Source of the DNA: Fimicolochytrium jonesii
Taxonomy: Eukaryota
Reading direction: 5' to 3'
DNA length: 64,000 nucleotides
Assembly: GCF_025526975.1 (NCBI RefSeq)
Contig: NW_026515669.1
Span: forward strand, 1,984,001 to 2,048,000
The position numbers and the translations under genes are program-made. Positions 14,277-28,081 of this stretch are shown piece after piece. Each line of letters opens with the position of its first letter. The stretch's first letter is position 1. The notes under the pieces are model-generated. The model was not told the origin of the DNA, did not search any database, and saw only the letters and a list, made by a program, of their open reading frames with translations.

Positions 14277-15564
14277 ATGTCCGGTGAACTCAACGGCCCG
14301 GTGATCACGCTTCACACGTCTGGTCTAGATGCCCTCGACGTCATCCGCATCCCGCTGACGTCGGCTACGGTTGACAAGCTCACGGTCGACGTGGTTCACG
14401 AGCACATTCTCGGTCTTCTAAAGGATCTCCACATTGATCGCGACTTCCGTCTCGGGATTGGAAACCGCCGTGTGTGGCCTGACATCGACGGAAAGAAACC
14501 GATCTCCTACTTTGAGCCTCTGGGCGCAAACTGGTTTCTGCACGTCCCTCCGGCCGTACAAGTAATAGAAACCGTCGCCGGCAAGAAACTCACTCTCCAA
14601 GAAGTGGGAAGCAGCACCGTGACGGCGGTGGCGAAAATGCTCAAACGAAAGATGGATGCTGAGGAGGGTATTCCCCAGCCCAAGCAGAAAAAGCCCGCTT
14701 TCGCAGGACAACAACTTCTGGATCTGCGGGCCCTCTGCGATTTCAACATTCGGAAGAAGCGCAAAGTGGATGAGCGTCCGTGGAATGAGCGTCCGTGGAG
14801 AGTCCCCTACAACATCCAGCCGGAGTCCACCCTACACCTCGTCTTGCGCCTGCGTGGCGGGAGTGGGGGGATGGAATTCGTCGATATGAGCAACCCGAAA
14901 GGGCCGAAGAAGGAAGAGTGGGTCGACAAGGCACCTGATTGGCGCGTCGTCGCTCCCGGGCTAACCCTCGAAGGAAAATGCCGGAACCGTAAATGTGCCG
15001 CTTACAATCAATGGGTTTGTGTCTAAGTATCTGCATTCGGACCTAACCTATCCGAGTCACTCATTGGTCATAAATCCCTCGCAGGTCTGCATCAACATGG
15101 GCATGACCGAATACAACACCCTGCATGACAACCACAAATCAAAGTGCCCCGAATGCTCCACCTACGTCCCCACGAAGGACTGCGGCTTCAGCGACTGCCG
15201 ATACCGTTTCTTCGGACTCAAACTTAACCCCAAAACCGGCCACCTCGAGCGCGCCCAATGCGACTGGAAGACCATCACCGACTCCGACTGCTACCAGTCC
15301 TTCAGCAGCGATGACCTCGGGGTGTGTCATTGGCACTCGCTTGTTATCCAGACCAATACATACCCTGCGGGGGATTTATGGATTCCCTGGTGTACTCCCT
15401 CGAGTTCTGCGTGTTGCTTTTGTTTGGATTTGTTGATGAAGGAAGAGTGTGGGGCTGTGTGCACGTTGAAGTGTGGGCATCAGTTTCTTCAGAGGTGTGG
15501 GAGGGAGTGGATGGAGAAGAAGGGTACTTGTCCGACGTGCAACGCGGGCGCGGTTGAGGAGTGA
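14277..15564 (+). CDS. Ubiquitin-like fusion protein: divergent Ubl + ubiquitin-like domain ending LRLRGG + Cys-rich domain + degenerate RING
   Basis: EEGIP...[18 protein letters not shown], then [22 protein letters not shown]...CPEC...CGFSDCRY, then CCFC...CGHQFLQRC...[11 protein letters not shown]. One intron at ~15017-15085. Confidence 0.8.
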
Positions 15565-16702
15565 GATACCCATTAGCCTTGGGTCGTGAGTCGGGTTTCA
15601 ATGGAGCGCATGGTGGGTTTGCTTGCACTGGTCTCTGTGCAGGTTTCATGGGGATAGGGTACGTTCTGCGTGTTGCTTTTGTTTGGATTTGTTGATGAAG
15701 GAAGAGTGTGGGGCTGTGTGCACGTTGAAGTGTGGGCATCAGTTTCTTCAGAGGTGTGGGAGGGAGTGGATGGAGAAGAAGGGTACTTGTCCGACGTGCA
15801 ACGCGGGCGCGGTTGAGGAGTGAGATACCCATTAGCCTTGGGTCGTGAGTCGGGTTTCAATGGAGCGCATGGTGGGTTTGCTTGCACTGGTCTCTGTGCA
15901 GGTTTCATGGGGATAGGGTACGTTCTGCGTGTTGCTTTTGTTTGGATTTGTTGATGAAGGAAGAGTGTGGGGCTGTGTGCACGTTGAAGTGTGGGCATCA
16001 GTTTCTTCAGAGGTGTGGGAGGGAGTGGATGGAGAAGAAGGGTACTTGTCCGACGTGCAACGCGGGCGCGGTTGAGGAGTGAGATACCCATTAGCCTTGG
16101 GTCGTGAGTCGGGTTTCAATGGAGCGCATGGTGGGTTTGCTTGCACTGGTCTCTGTGCAGGTTTCATGGGGATAGGGTACGTTCTGCGTGTTGCTTTTGT
16201 TTGGATTTGTTGATGAAGGAAGAGTGTGGGGCTGTGTGCACGTTGAAGTGTGGGCATCAGTTTCTTCAGAGGTGTGGGAGGGAGTGGATGGAGAAGAAGG
16301 GTACTTGTCCGACGTGCAACGCGGGCGCGGTTGAGGAGTGAGATACCCATTAGCCTTGGGTCGTGAGTCGGGTTTCAATGGAGCGCATGGTGGGTTTGCT
16401 TGCACTGGTCTCTGTGCAGGTTTCATGGGGATAGGGTACGTTCTGCGTGTTGCTTTTGTTTGGATTTGTTGATGAAGGAAGAGTGTGGGGCTGTGTGCAC
16501 GTTGAAGTGTGGGCATCAGTTTCTTCAGAGGTGTGGGAGGGAGTGGATGGAGAAGAAGGGTACTTGTCCGACGTGCAACGCGGGCGCGGTTGAGGAGTGA
16601 GATACCCATTAGCCTTGGGTCGTGAGTCGGGTTTCAATGGAGCGCATGGTGGGTTTGCTTGCACTGGTCTCTGTGCAGGTTTCATGGGGATAGGGTACGT
16701 TC
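15404..16702. repeat. Tandem array of five apparently identical 259-bp units
   Basis: The unit start GTTCTGCGTGTTGCTTTTG recurs at 15404, 15663, 15922, 16181 and 16440. The array ends after GTTC at 16699-16702. The ORF track shows identical translations at a 259-nt period. Confidence 0.98.
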
Positions 16703-17829
16703 CGGTAGGGTTAGGTTCAGAGCGTTAGCAGTTTTGGAGCAGGCGGCGTAATAGTCCTTGTTTATGGGTTCAAAAAGCGTCAAAACGTCATTGGGGTTCG
16801 ACCTCATATTTTTGGTGTGCAGTTTATTCGTGAATATCTGATTGATTGATTGTGAGCCCTCCGTCTGCTGTGTGCACCGTACCACGACCAGGACGATCGT
16901 TTTTGGGCCCAATTTTCGATTCTGCCGTTGCGAAGGGCGGCAATTGCGAGCATTGTGAACACCGCATCCCGGCAGGGAGCATTCTGAGCACGTCGAAAGC
17001 TCAACCTCGAAGCAAACAGCAGTACGGTAGCGGGAGCAACTATTGTCACCGTTTCTAAATGCCTTCGGAAGATGATGCGGACAATGACGCCGAGATCGAA
17101 GCGCAGGAGGCAGCGCTTAAGAGAATGAAGGGGCTGAGAGCCCAGGCTGCGAAACTCGAGCGACCCGCCACGTCGTCCTCATCGTCGTCTACCCCCATGT
17201 TGACTTTTGCCTCTTGGTCTGGGCTCCTTTCCAAGGGATTTTCCCATTTGAATTTGAAGCCGATCAAAAGCCCAAACGCCAGTATACGTATGTACACATT
17301 GCTAAGTGCGTGAGTCACGTAATTAAGGCCTTGCGTTGCTGGCCAATGGCGACGCGTTTGGATCGCATCATCGAGGAGGGTTGTGCACGACGCTCATGCT
17401 TCTGGTGCTGATGGATGACACATGCCCCAATGCCCCATACAGAGTGTGAGGGTAAACATGAAGCGAGGGGAGATTGAGATGGATTTGGCAGCGTATTGCG
17501 TGCTGCCAGACCCACACACAGACGACAGCGTCGTGCGTGCTATGGGAGAGAGCGTGGGAGAACGGGGCGGGAGAGCTGCGGTCTGGGTCTCGCTCGGCCT
17601 GCGGGCGGGATTCTGGCTGCTCTGTGTGTCGCTGGCCTTATCTTTCATGTGCCACCATACAGTAAACCTTGGCCCCGTGGGAAAGTTACTAGTAACTAGC
17701 TCGTCCAGAGAAGCATATAAAAGCACAGCGTTCCCACCGTTTTCCCTCAATTGTCCAGCACCCCAACTGAAACGTCTGCAATACCAATTCATCGACCACT
17801 CTCATCTCCAACTAAGGATCTCCCCATAA

Positions 17830-19369
<1,540 letters not shown>

Positions 19370-20760
19370 AGAACCCAACCCCTATCTACTATACTCACAG
19401 ACAAGTCTGGAAACGTAGTTAGTGTGCTCATCCGGTCCCTCACTCTTCATTATATACGTTCGAGTTGCGCTTCTTGGCAGGTCCTAGTGTAGCTTGTACG
19501 ATCTCTCATCATGCTCGGTCGTCCCGTTTCCTCCATCTTGTTCCCTTTCCTGTGGTTGGTGTAAATATTAGACAGTCTTCGCAAATCAGACTCTTTCTTT
19601 TGAGAACTCGGAAAGTAAGTGCGAGCGACTTTGGGATCTCTGTCGTCCCCTGCGCGCGTTCCGAAGCCAGCGCCAACAACCAAGCCGGTCCAGGCGTGCG
19701 CGCTGGGATGTGCAACAGAATCGAATGCTTGTAGTTGTACTGTACTTGAAATTCACGAACCCATATACATACAAGCCATCAGGTACAAATTGCAGGTTTC
19801 AAACATGTCCCCACCGAATCCGTCGTAATGTTTGTTGCCCCCAAATGGAAAACCATGAAAAAAAAAAATGATCGGAACAAAACGGAACCCCACCTCCCCC
19901 CATTTTTGACGGTGGGTAGGCGAACAGAACGCCCCCGAATGCTCACATCGACTCGAGAGGAAGCCTCTCCCCCACCCAGACCCCGCGGGAAGCGCAGGGC
20001 GGGATCGGTCAAATCAGTCTTCGGGCCGGCGGCCTCCTTTCAAACCACACGAAACGAGGTGGATCGTCATACCTCCTGAAGCCCATCAGACATCGACCCA
20101 TCTGCGAGATCCTGAGGGGGGCGGGAGGAATCACTGGTTTCCCCCTCTTTCCCTTTCGTCGTCCCGTCCTTCCGTCCTCGCCCGCCGTAGTCTTTCGTCC
20201 GGGGTCCATCGACGTTCCGCCCGCCTCCCCGCAATGCGTTCATCTCGCTCCCCTTTGTTGTCCCTTTTTTCCGCTCGTTTTCATGATCAGGGTATGGAGT
20301 TTTGGTTGACCATACCCGAGAGGGGGGTGACGGGAAACAAAATCCAACAGAGAGTGGGTGGGTGCTGAGCAGGATCCCCTTGCTTGATGTGACGGTCCTC
20401 GGCGCCAAACAACCAGTGAAATAAACTCTGAATAATTCCACTGGGATGTGCACTCGATAATCACCCTTTTGGTGGCGCGGGGAGGCGGGGGGGAGAACGC
20501 GCGGAGGAGAAGCCGGGGGCCAACTCCACGGCACAGGGCAAAGCCGGGGAAGGAGAGATTCGCTCAGATGGACCGGGGCCGAGCGGGGACGGTTTGGATC
20601 CATCCGTGTTTTTCTTTCGCCAATGTCGAGGGGTGCTTCATCTGGCGGACGGAGATTCCCGCCTCGCCTCATTCTCATTCCTTGCACGGGTGGGCGCCCG
20701 AGTTCTCTCCCTAATAGAGCCCGCCGTCTTCCCCCCCCCCCCCCCCACGCTCCTCTCACA

Positions 20761-22162
20761 TCACCTAACACACCCAAACCTTACATCCTCAACCCTCCAA
20801 ACCCTCCCCTCCTCCCCCCAGCTCCTCTCCACCGTCACAACCGCATACCGCCCGTCCCTCAACGCCCCCGGATTAATCACAGGCACGTTGCCGAGCTGGG
20901 ACAGGCCCCAGGAGGTGTGGGCGTGGCCGTGGGCGTGGAATAATAGCGGCGGTTGCTGTTGGGTATCACCCGTGGGGGTTGTGATTTGCGAGGTGGATGA
21001 CGGTGGGGGTGGTTGCACACCCTGACACCACATATGGGTGACAACACTCCTAACCCCATCACTTCCGCTCTCGATCCTCTTCGAATCACAGAGCCATGGT
21101 TTGGGGTATGTGTCGGTCGTGGCGCAGCGCGCGGGGCCGCAGTGGGTTATTAGGATGTGTGTGTCTGGGTCTGTTGGGGTCGTGGGAGCGGACGGGAGTG
21201 AGGAGGGAGATGTGTCAGCGCGCCGATGGGATTTGGCGATGATGTTGAAGGCGGGGTGGAGGGTTAGGAAGTGCCGTTTTGCGCGGAGGAGATTGAGGAG
21301 GGCGGTTTTTAGGAGGGGGTCGGTGTAGGGATAGCCTTCGGGGTGGGGGTCAGAAGGGTTTTGAGGGGTTGAATGTAGGGGTAGACGTACCTGGATGGAT
21401 TGTGGTGTTGGGGCGGTTGTAGTCGGTTTGCGGGACGGAGCCGCCTAGACCGGCCATTACGAGGTTCGGGGCTGTGAAACGAAAAAACAAAGAATAGGTA
21501 GTGGAAGTCAGCGAAAGCAGGTTGCTACCGTTCCCTTTCACGAACCTCGTCTTCATCCAACACCCAAAATGCAACCCAAGGCCAACAAACGCAAACACAT
21601 ACCTAACCGCACAAGCCTCGAATGGAAATTCACAGCGCCCGTCTCATACATCATCCGCTGCCACAACGGCGCATGTTTCAACGCTTCCTCCCCGTTGTCC
21701 CTCCTTTCCCTCCCCTCGTCCCTCACCCCCAAATCAACCGCAGGAACCAAATCCGGAAACGCCTCCCTCGGGTCATGATTCCCCGGCACGTACATCACAT
21801 TCCTGGATATACTCCCGAATGCGGTGAGCACGGCGCGGAATTGGGTTTCTTCGGCTGTTGTTCGCATACGGGTCAATTGTGATGAGACTGAGGAGGATGA
21901 TGGTGACGACGGGGATTGATAGTCGTGGTTGGCGTTGATGAGGTCGCCCGTCAGAATCACTAGGTTCGGCCTATCGGATCCGATCAATGCTTCAGTGCCT
22001 CCTTCGTCTACTTGTAAGCCGTCGTGGAAGTATACCGTCGTGGAGGGGGGTTGGTGGTTCTTACATCAGCTTTTTAGTCTGCAGGGCCATGGCGAGGCGG
22101 TAGACGTTGTCGACTTTGGAGTGGATGTCGCCGGCGAGGAGGATGCGGGATCGGAGGGACAT
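20761..22162 (-). CDS. Calcineurin-like metallophosphoesterase
   Basis: Motifs occur in order across exons: LAGDIH, LTGDLIN, VPGNHD, THIGP-like, HGHAH and NPGAL. Confidence 0.88.
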
Positions 22163-22404
22163 TGCGTGCGTGTGGTTGTGTTGGCTGGGCTGGGATGTGG
22201 GGGTAGGCGGAGGGAAGATTGCCAGGGGTTGTTGTTGCAGGAGCTTCTACTCTTCTATTCGCACTCATACAGTACTCTGATTGTTAGGTGCCCCAGTTAG
22301 GGTTAGGATACTGGAGTAACAGCCCTACCGTCCAGCCTACCGTCCCACCAAGTTTATGTCGCTTATTGTCCAGCAACTCCCATCCACACGCCCACACCAC
22401 AACA

Positions 22405-23437
22405 ATGGCAACAACAATCCTCGGCCACGACGACCGCCGTCTAGTCGCCGACTCCGCCCTCGACTTTCTCGTCGTCGAGATGGTCGACCTCATGCGACGT
22501 CTGCCCACCGAGACCGAGAACGATAAGGAGGCCGCGTACTTCAAGCTCGAGAATTTGGGGTACCGTGTTGGGGTTGCGATGGTTGAGAGGTGCGTTGGGA
22601 TAAAGTGGAGAGTGATTAGGGATTGAGAGGGGACGGCTGGGACTTGCATGTCTTGGGGAACTATCGAGGTGCGCATGTGGAACTCAGGACCAAAAGGGAC
22701 ACCCCCGGTGAAGCTCAACCGTGGAACCTTTTCGTTTCCCCCGTAGGATAACACGGGAGCGCCCACGCTTCATGGACAACCTAGACGTGGTTAAGTTCAT
22801 TTGCAAGGATTTCTGGATCGCCGTGTTCAAGAAGCAGATCGATAACTTGAAGACAAACCATCGGGTGCGTTCCGGGGACGAGGGTTCTGCTGGTCCAGTG
22901 GGGGGGATGCGGTCGCGGGGGGCTGTTGAATGGAAGTCGAGGGGATGGGGGTTGTGCGTGGCGGCGATGAGGAGGAGCGTCCTCAACCGACCGGTGGCCT
23001 CATCGACTCATTCTCCTATCCGATTTCCATCAACAGGGCGTTTATGTATTGACAGACAACAACTTCCGCTGGTTCTCACGCATGTCCGGCGACGGGACAA
23101 GTACCGATCTTGGGCGGCAGGCGTTTGCTGTATGTTTTCCTCCCATCAAATCCCACTGAAAGCATTCCATTCACACTCACTTACGTTTTATGTGTATAGC
23201 ACCTAGCCTTCCCATGTGGTCTCATCCGCGGCGCCCTGAGCAACCTCGGGGTGCCGAGTGTTGTCATTGGGGAGGTGTCTACTGTGCCGCAATGTAAGTC
23301 TTGTATCTTTCCGTCTTCCCGTACAATCAATCGCTGTTTATGAGTCGGGGTATGCAGAGCCTGCACTCCATTGGGGGTTTGTCTGATGCGTCATTTGTTA
23401 TGTAGGCACGTTTCAGATCAAGATATCTAAGCCATAG
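22405..23437 (+). CDS. TRS33: TRAPP complex subunit Trs33/TRAPPC6
   Basis: [44 protein letters not shown] and [14 protein letters not shown] are present, ending [10 protein letters not shown]. Confidence 0.95.
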
Positions 23438-23988
23438 GGTGCGCTGGGGACGTCGTTGGGGGCCGAAGTGGTGCCCTTCGCGCATGCATATTTCCGTGGG
23501 ACGGTGCGATGGTGGGATTTCGTGGCGGATGGGGCGGGGGCGAGAGGGAATACTTTGCCCGCCTAACTGACAATTTTGGAAGGACGTAGTTGATGGTGGA
23601 AAGGCCGGGTAGGAGGGAGGGATAGATGGAGTTGTCGCATATATCGCGGACGGACGCTGCCCCCACCCGCCATTGGTGCTGATCAGAGGCCCCTGCAAAA
23701 GAAACGACGCGTGCACAGAGAATATCGACACGCGCCCATCTCGGTGGGCCGTGCACGCGCCCCATACCCCACCATGTCTTGTGAAACTGCCCCGTACATT
23801 TGCAGGGTATCCATATTGCCGTTACGGGCAGGCGCTGTTTGTCATACCCAACTTCAGCACATCATACGCCCGCAGGGACGTTGTGCACAAGACCGGGGAA
23901 GCGGGGGGGCGGTGGCCGTTTATGATACATAGCAAAACCTGCGAATACTACACTACATCTACATCTACCCCACCCCCTAAGAACCCTT

Positions 23989-25757
23989 TCACAATTGTGA
24001 CCTAACCACCCCTTCCCCCTCCCAAACCTCCCCAAAGACCCCACCAATCACATCAACCATATCCCCCGTCGTCACACTCCTCCCCCGCTCCTCAAACGCC
24101 CTTTTTGAGCACAGCCGCGCGGTATGCGACGCGGCCCAGGCGGCGAGGAGGGGAAGCCGGGTTTGGAAGTCTGTGTCGAGGTCGGGGTTTGGCGGGTGGC
24201 TGGTGGAGGTGATCGGTGCTTAGTCGTGCTGTACATGTTACATGTACGGTTGGGGAAAGGGGTCGAAGGGGTATACGTACTCCCAAGCTTTAGCCTCGTA
24301 ATTCTTCCCCCAAGCCAAGAACGCGGCACACGCGCCCGACAGGAGGTCGCCTTGGCCGCCGCAGCGGCGTGGGCTGCCTTCCGTATCACATTTTATAACT
24401 GATCGTAGATGGTTAGCTAGTGCTGGTCATAAATGGGTGATGTAAATGTTGGGGACTCACCTTCCTTCCCGTTAGAAATGATATCCGTCGGCCCCTTCTG
24501 CAATATAGTCACGTTCCCGAGAGCTTTGCTAAGGTTTTGCGCGGCGGTGTCTTTGTGGTCGCCGTCAAATTTCACATTCTACAATCCCAAACAATCAATC
24601 TCTCATGGTGAACGGATGGGTGGGGATGGGCAGTATGAGGTACCTGCGACTCGCACAATTTCTTGAACTCGTTGACGTTTGGGGTTAGCACGGCGAGGGT
24701 GTAGCCTTTGATTAGCTCGGGGTCGGATTGGATTAGGAGGAGGCCGTCCTGCATAAAAAGAAGGGCGTGTCAAAACCATCGCAGGAGAAAGAAACGCGAA
24801 CCAATGATCCAGTGTCCCGTCCGCGCCAGTAACGAACGCAAGCCCTTTCCGCGGCACCATCAAATACTTGAAAAACTCACGGCATCAATAACCAACGGCA
24901 GTCCCTCCTCTCTCGCCCTCTCCACAATCTGCCTCGTCATCTCCCCCATAACCTCATCCCTCGACAACCCGGGCCCAACAACAAGCACATGCAGGCGGGA
25001 GAGCGTGGATGCGACACGCTCAATTTGGTCGGTGATGATTTTTTTGCCTTCGGGCGAAGAGGGGGGGTGGCCGAGGGAGCTAGATTGGTGTTGGGGTGAG
25101 TGTGGGAGGAATGGAAAAGTGGAGATGGGGATGGGGACGTACTCGGTGTTGCGGAGGTAGGGGTGGACCATTAGGTCGGGGGAGTAGGTCTGGGTTTGGA
25201 TTGAGAGAGGTGGACGTGTTATGAGAGGAGAAATGTGCAATTCTAGCCCGTGCGATCCATACCGTACCTTGATGACCGTGCCTGCGTGTTTTTCACAGAA
25301 GACGTGCGACAAGTCGGCGCCCTAGTATGAGATCCAATCGCAGACGCTTCGACTTCAGCCCATGTCCATAAACCCTGTCTGTGTTGCTGTCCCTTGTGGC
25401 AAGGGAAGTCCACATGCTCAAAACTGACCAGTTTCAACCCCGAAATGGCCGCAAAGTACGGGGCGCCCGTATAACTGCACACAGAGAGATGATTCCAAGC
25501 ATTGCTCGTCAGCCTCGGTCTCATTTCAGTCCATCTCCGCCTCGTTTTCGCGTCGACAGCCTCTAGATTTACTCACTCCTCGCTTCCACCAACAACACCA
25601 ATACGACCTGCCAAACGTAAAACATATGAGCTTCTGACAAACACTTTTTCCGAGAACAGCAGTATAAGAACTGACCTGCCTGCCCCTTGTGCAACGCGCC
25701 GCTGAGAGGCGGGATAAGCCTCTTGATGGTGGTGATGAGGGTGGCTGGTGCGGTCAT
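23989..25757 (-). CDS. NNR2: ATP-dependent NAD(P)H-hydrate dehydratase (NAXD/CARKD/YKL151C family)
   Basis: [39 protein letters not shown] and [12 protein letters not shown] are present. The last exon ends ...VVRSQL*. An in-frame upstream ATG lies at 26033. Confidence 0.93.
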
Positions 25758-26333
25758 CTTGACGAAATTGGAAATTATAGTTGCGTTCGTTTGGAACAGT
25801 AGAGCGGTGAGAGTGGACGGTATGGAGTCTTTTTCTACTGGATCTGTCGCAGTCGCTGAACTCCTCGCTGGGAAGGGAATGTGTTTGTTCGGAAAGGACG
25901 GGATGCCACCTGGAATGGGAAAGGGTGACGTAAACGAGGCGGAGGCCCAGAGGGCTTTGCAGAAGGGAGACGGGAGTCTTCTCTGGAGGCCGCTAACCCG
26001 CCGAGGGCAGCCATGTAATGGAAGCACAGTCATCGGTGTCCCTATCACCCACAGCTGGTGAAGCTACCGGACACCCGCCGCTGCAACAACGCCCTCGGAG
26101 TAGGAGTACTGTCGCTTCCTTCTCCTGTTTCAGTCTTCATGCAGCTTGATACATAGACGTTGACCATATGAGACATGAGCGAGCATTCTCTTACACCACC
26201 CCAAAATTGATTTCAACTGTCCATTTCACAAAGCGCGCGGTTCTTAGGCGAGGACCCACCAGACCCACCAGAATTGACGAGAGATCATCTTGACTCCATC
26301 CAACCCATCCATCACACGCAACAACCCCCTAAA

Positions 26334-27678
26334 ATGAGTCGCCGCCCACCCCGCTCACCCCTCACCACCGCTTCTGTGTCTCTCGGCCCCGCCCACACAC
26401 CGTCCTCCCACTCCCAAGCAGAAGCAGATATGGAGCAAAACGAAGACGACTTTGCGTCGTCCTCCCCCGTTGCCAATGTCGACACGGTGCCGTCGATGAA
26501 CATCCCACGGTCGGCGTTTGAGAGAAGGTTTCATGCAAAGGAGGAGGCTTTTCGAGGTGGGTTTGGGGTAGGCGAGGGTGAGGGTGAGGGGTGGGAATGG
26601 CGGTTTGGCGAAGGTTGGCTGGGGTGGGCTTTAGTGAGTCCTGGAGACCAGGTCACCGCTGGAAAACAAATGTGACATGAGGGAAGGTTGGGAACATGAC
26701 CCTACAAACGTCATTGAGAAGGATGAACAGGAGCCGGGGTCACCTTGGAAAGCACAACGGAGCAGATGACCCCATATGAGGAACGACACGAAAATCTCAA
26801 TATTGTCCTTGTTGCTTTCACCAGATCTGTCCAGGTTTGAGGAACAGCTGCGATCCCGCCTGAATGATGCGCGGACGGAGCAAAGGCGGTGGCAAGGTAA
26901 GGCGGCCGAGTGCAGATATGCAGGAATCCCCGGGAAATCGGAGAGAGACTCAGGGTCCCACCCAACCTCTGTCTCAACTCTTTGCTTTCCGCGCTAATCA
27001 CTCGATCTGCGACCATGCTTGATAGCTGGCGTTCTTCTCCTATTCCTACTCCTGGCTTGGAGCACATATCGGATCGTCACAAACGATAAAGTCAATGAGC
27101 GGGTATGTCTTTGCTCGAGGGTCCTTACCTGGCGGATTGGTGGAGCGTTTTATCGACGTTGGCATGGTGGAGACCGACCGAAGCGTACAGGGATCGCAGT
27201 AGCGAAAGGGCTTTTCACCCTTCATTCTTCATCGCACACAGGGCATCCCGCAACAAAGCTCCTGGCACGTCTTTGGGGTGACCGTCCCGCTATCGGCATT
27301 CATCATCCTGCTCGCAAGCGGATCCATGCGCGCGAAACTGTTGAGTGCGAGGATGTGAGTTACCCATCTTCATAGACAATCGTAGATGTTCGCGGTTCCA
27401 ATTCTCGCATCACCCCTGCTCACCGTGTCTCAACCCACAGCTACACCCGCCGCTGCAACAACGCCCTCCGCCCCTTCAACATGCAAATCGGGCACTCGGA
27501 CTCCTCCCAACCACCGCAAACAACCTCAAAAGATACGCCCAAAGACGCACTGTCGTTCCTGTGGAAGGTGCCGCCGGAGTTCCGCGAGGGGTATAGGCAG
27601 TTCAGAGAGAGAAGGGAGGAGAGAAAGAAGGTCGGCGGGAGGGGGAAGGGGAAGGGGAAGGGTGGGAAGGCGGCGTAG
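26334..27678 (+). CDS. SPO7: Spo7/CNEP1R1-like regulatory subunit of the Nem1 phosphatase
   Basis: The spliced product reads AFRDLSRFEEQLR, then two hydrophobic segments, then YTRRCNNALRPFNM and VPPEFREGYRQFRE. This matches my recollection of the Spo7 family pattern. Confidence 0.7.
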
Positions 27679-28081
27679 CGTGGTTGGGAGGAAGGGGTAA
27701 GATCTGATTCCGGGCGGGCTTCGGGTGGGGATTGTGACCCCGATTTTGGAATGGAGTGGCTGACGCATTTTGGAAAAAGGATGGCCTTCGAGGCGGTGTG
27801 CGGAAAGATCGCAGAACCTCAGAACCTGAGGGAATGAGCAGAATCAATGCACATAAATACACGGAGTCAACGTTCTCCTTCGGCACACCGACTTGGAGAA
27901 TCTCCTGGCGGTCTGAGGGGACCGAGCATTCTATTCGCGTGTCAGATTATCATTTATGTATAAAGATATGTGCAATATACACCAAAAACCTTCCTCTTCG
28001 ACGAGCTTGCGCCTCGGATATGGATTCGGTGAAGGAAAGGGGGATAACGGTGCCCTCGTGTCCATCACATCCACCCAAACA

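Noticed and set aside
15404..16702. CRISPR array or a set of separate small RING genes
   Set aside because: The units are contiguous identical copies with no unique spacers, the context is eukaryotic, and the 66-aa ORFs start at TTG within duplicated UTR.
17059..17500. Short ORF MPSEDDADNDAEIEAQEAALKRMK... as a gene remnant
   Set aside because: It has a coiled-coil-like start but no identifiable family, and the frames break quickly.
19400..20750. ncRNA or gene in the MET17-phosphoesterase interval
   Set aside because: I recognised no tRNA, snRNA or RNase P/MRP signature, and the ORFs are low-complexity.
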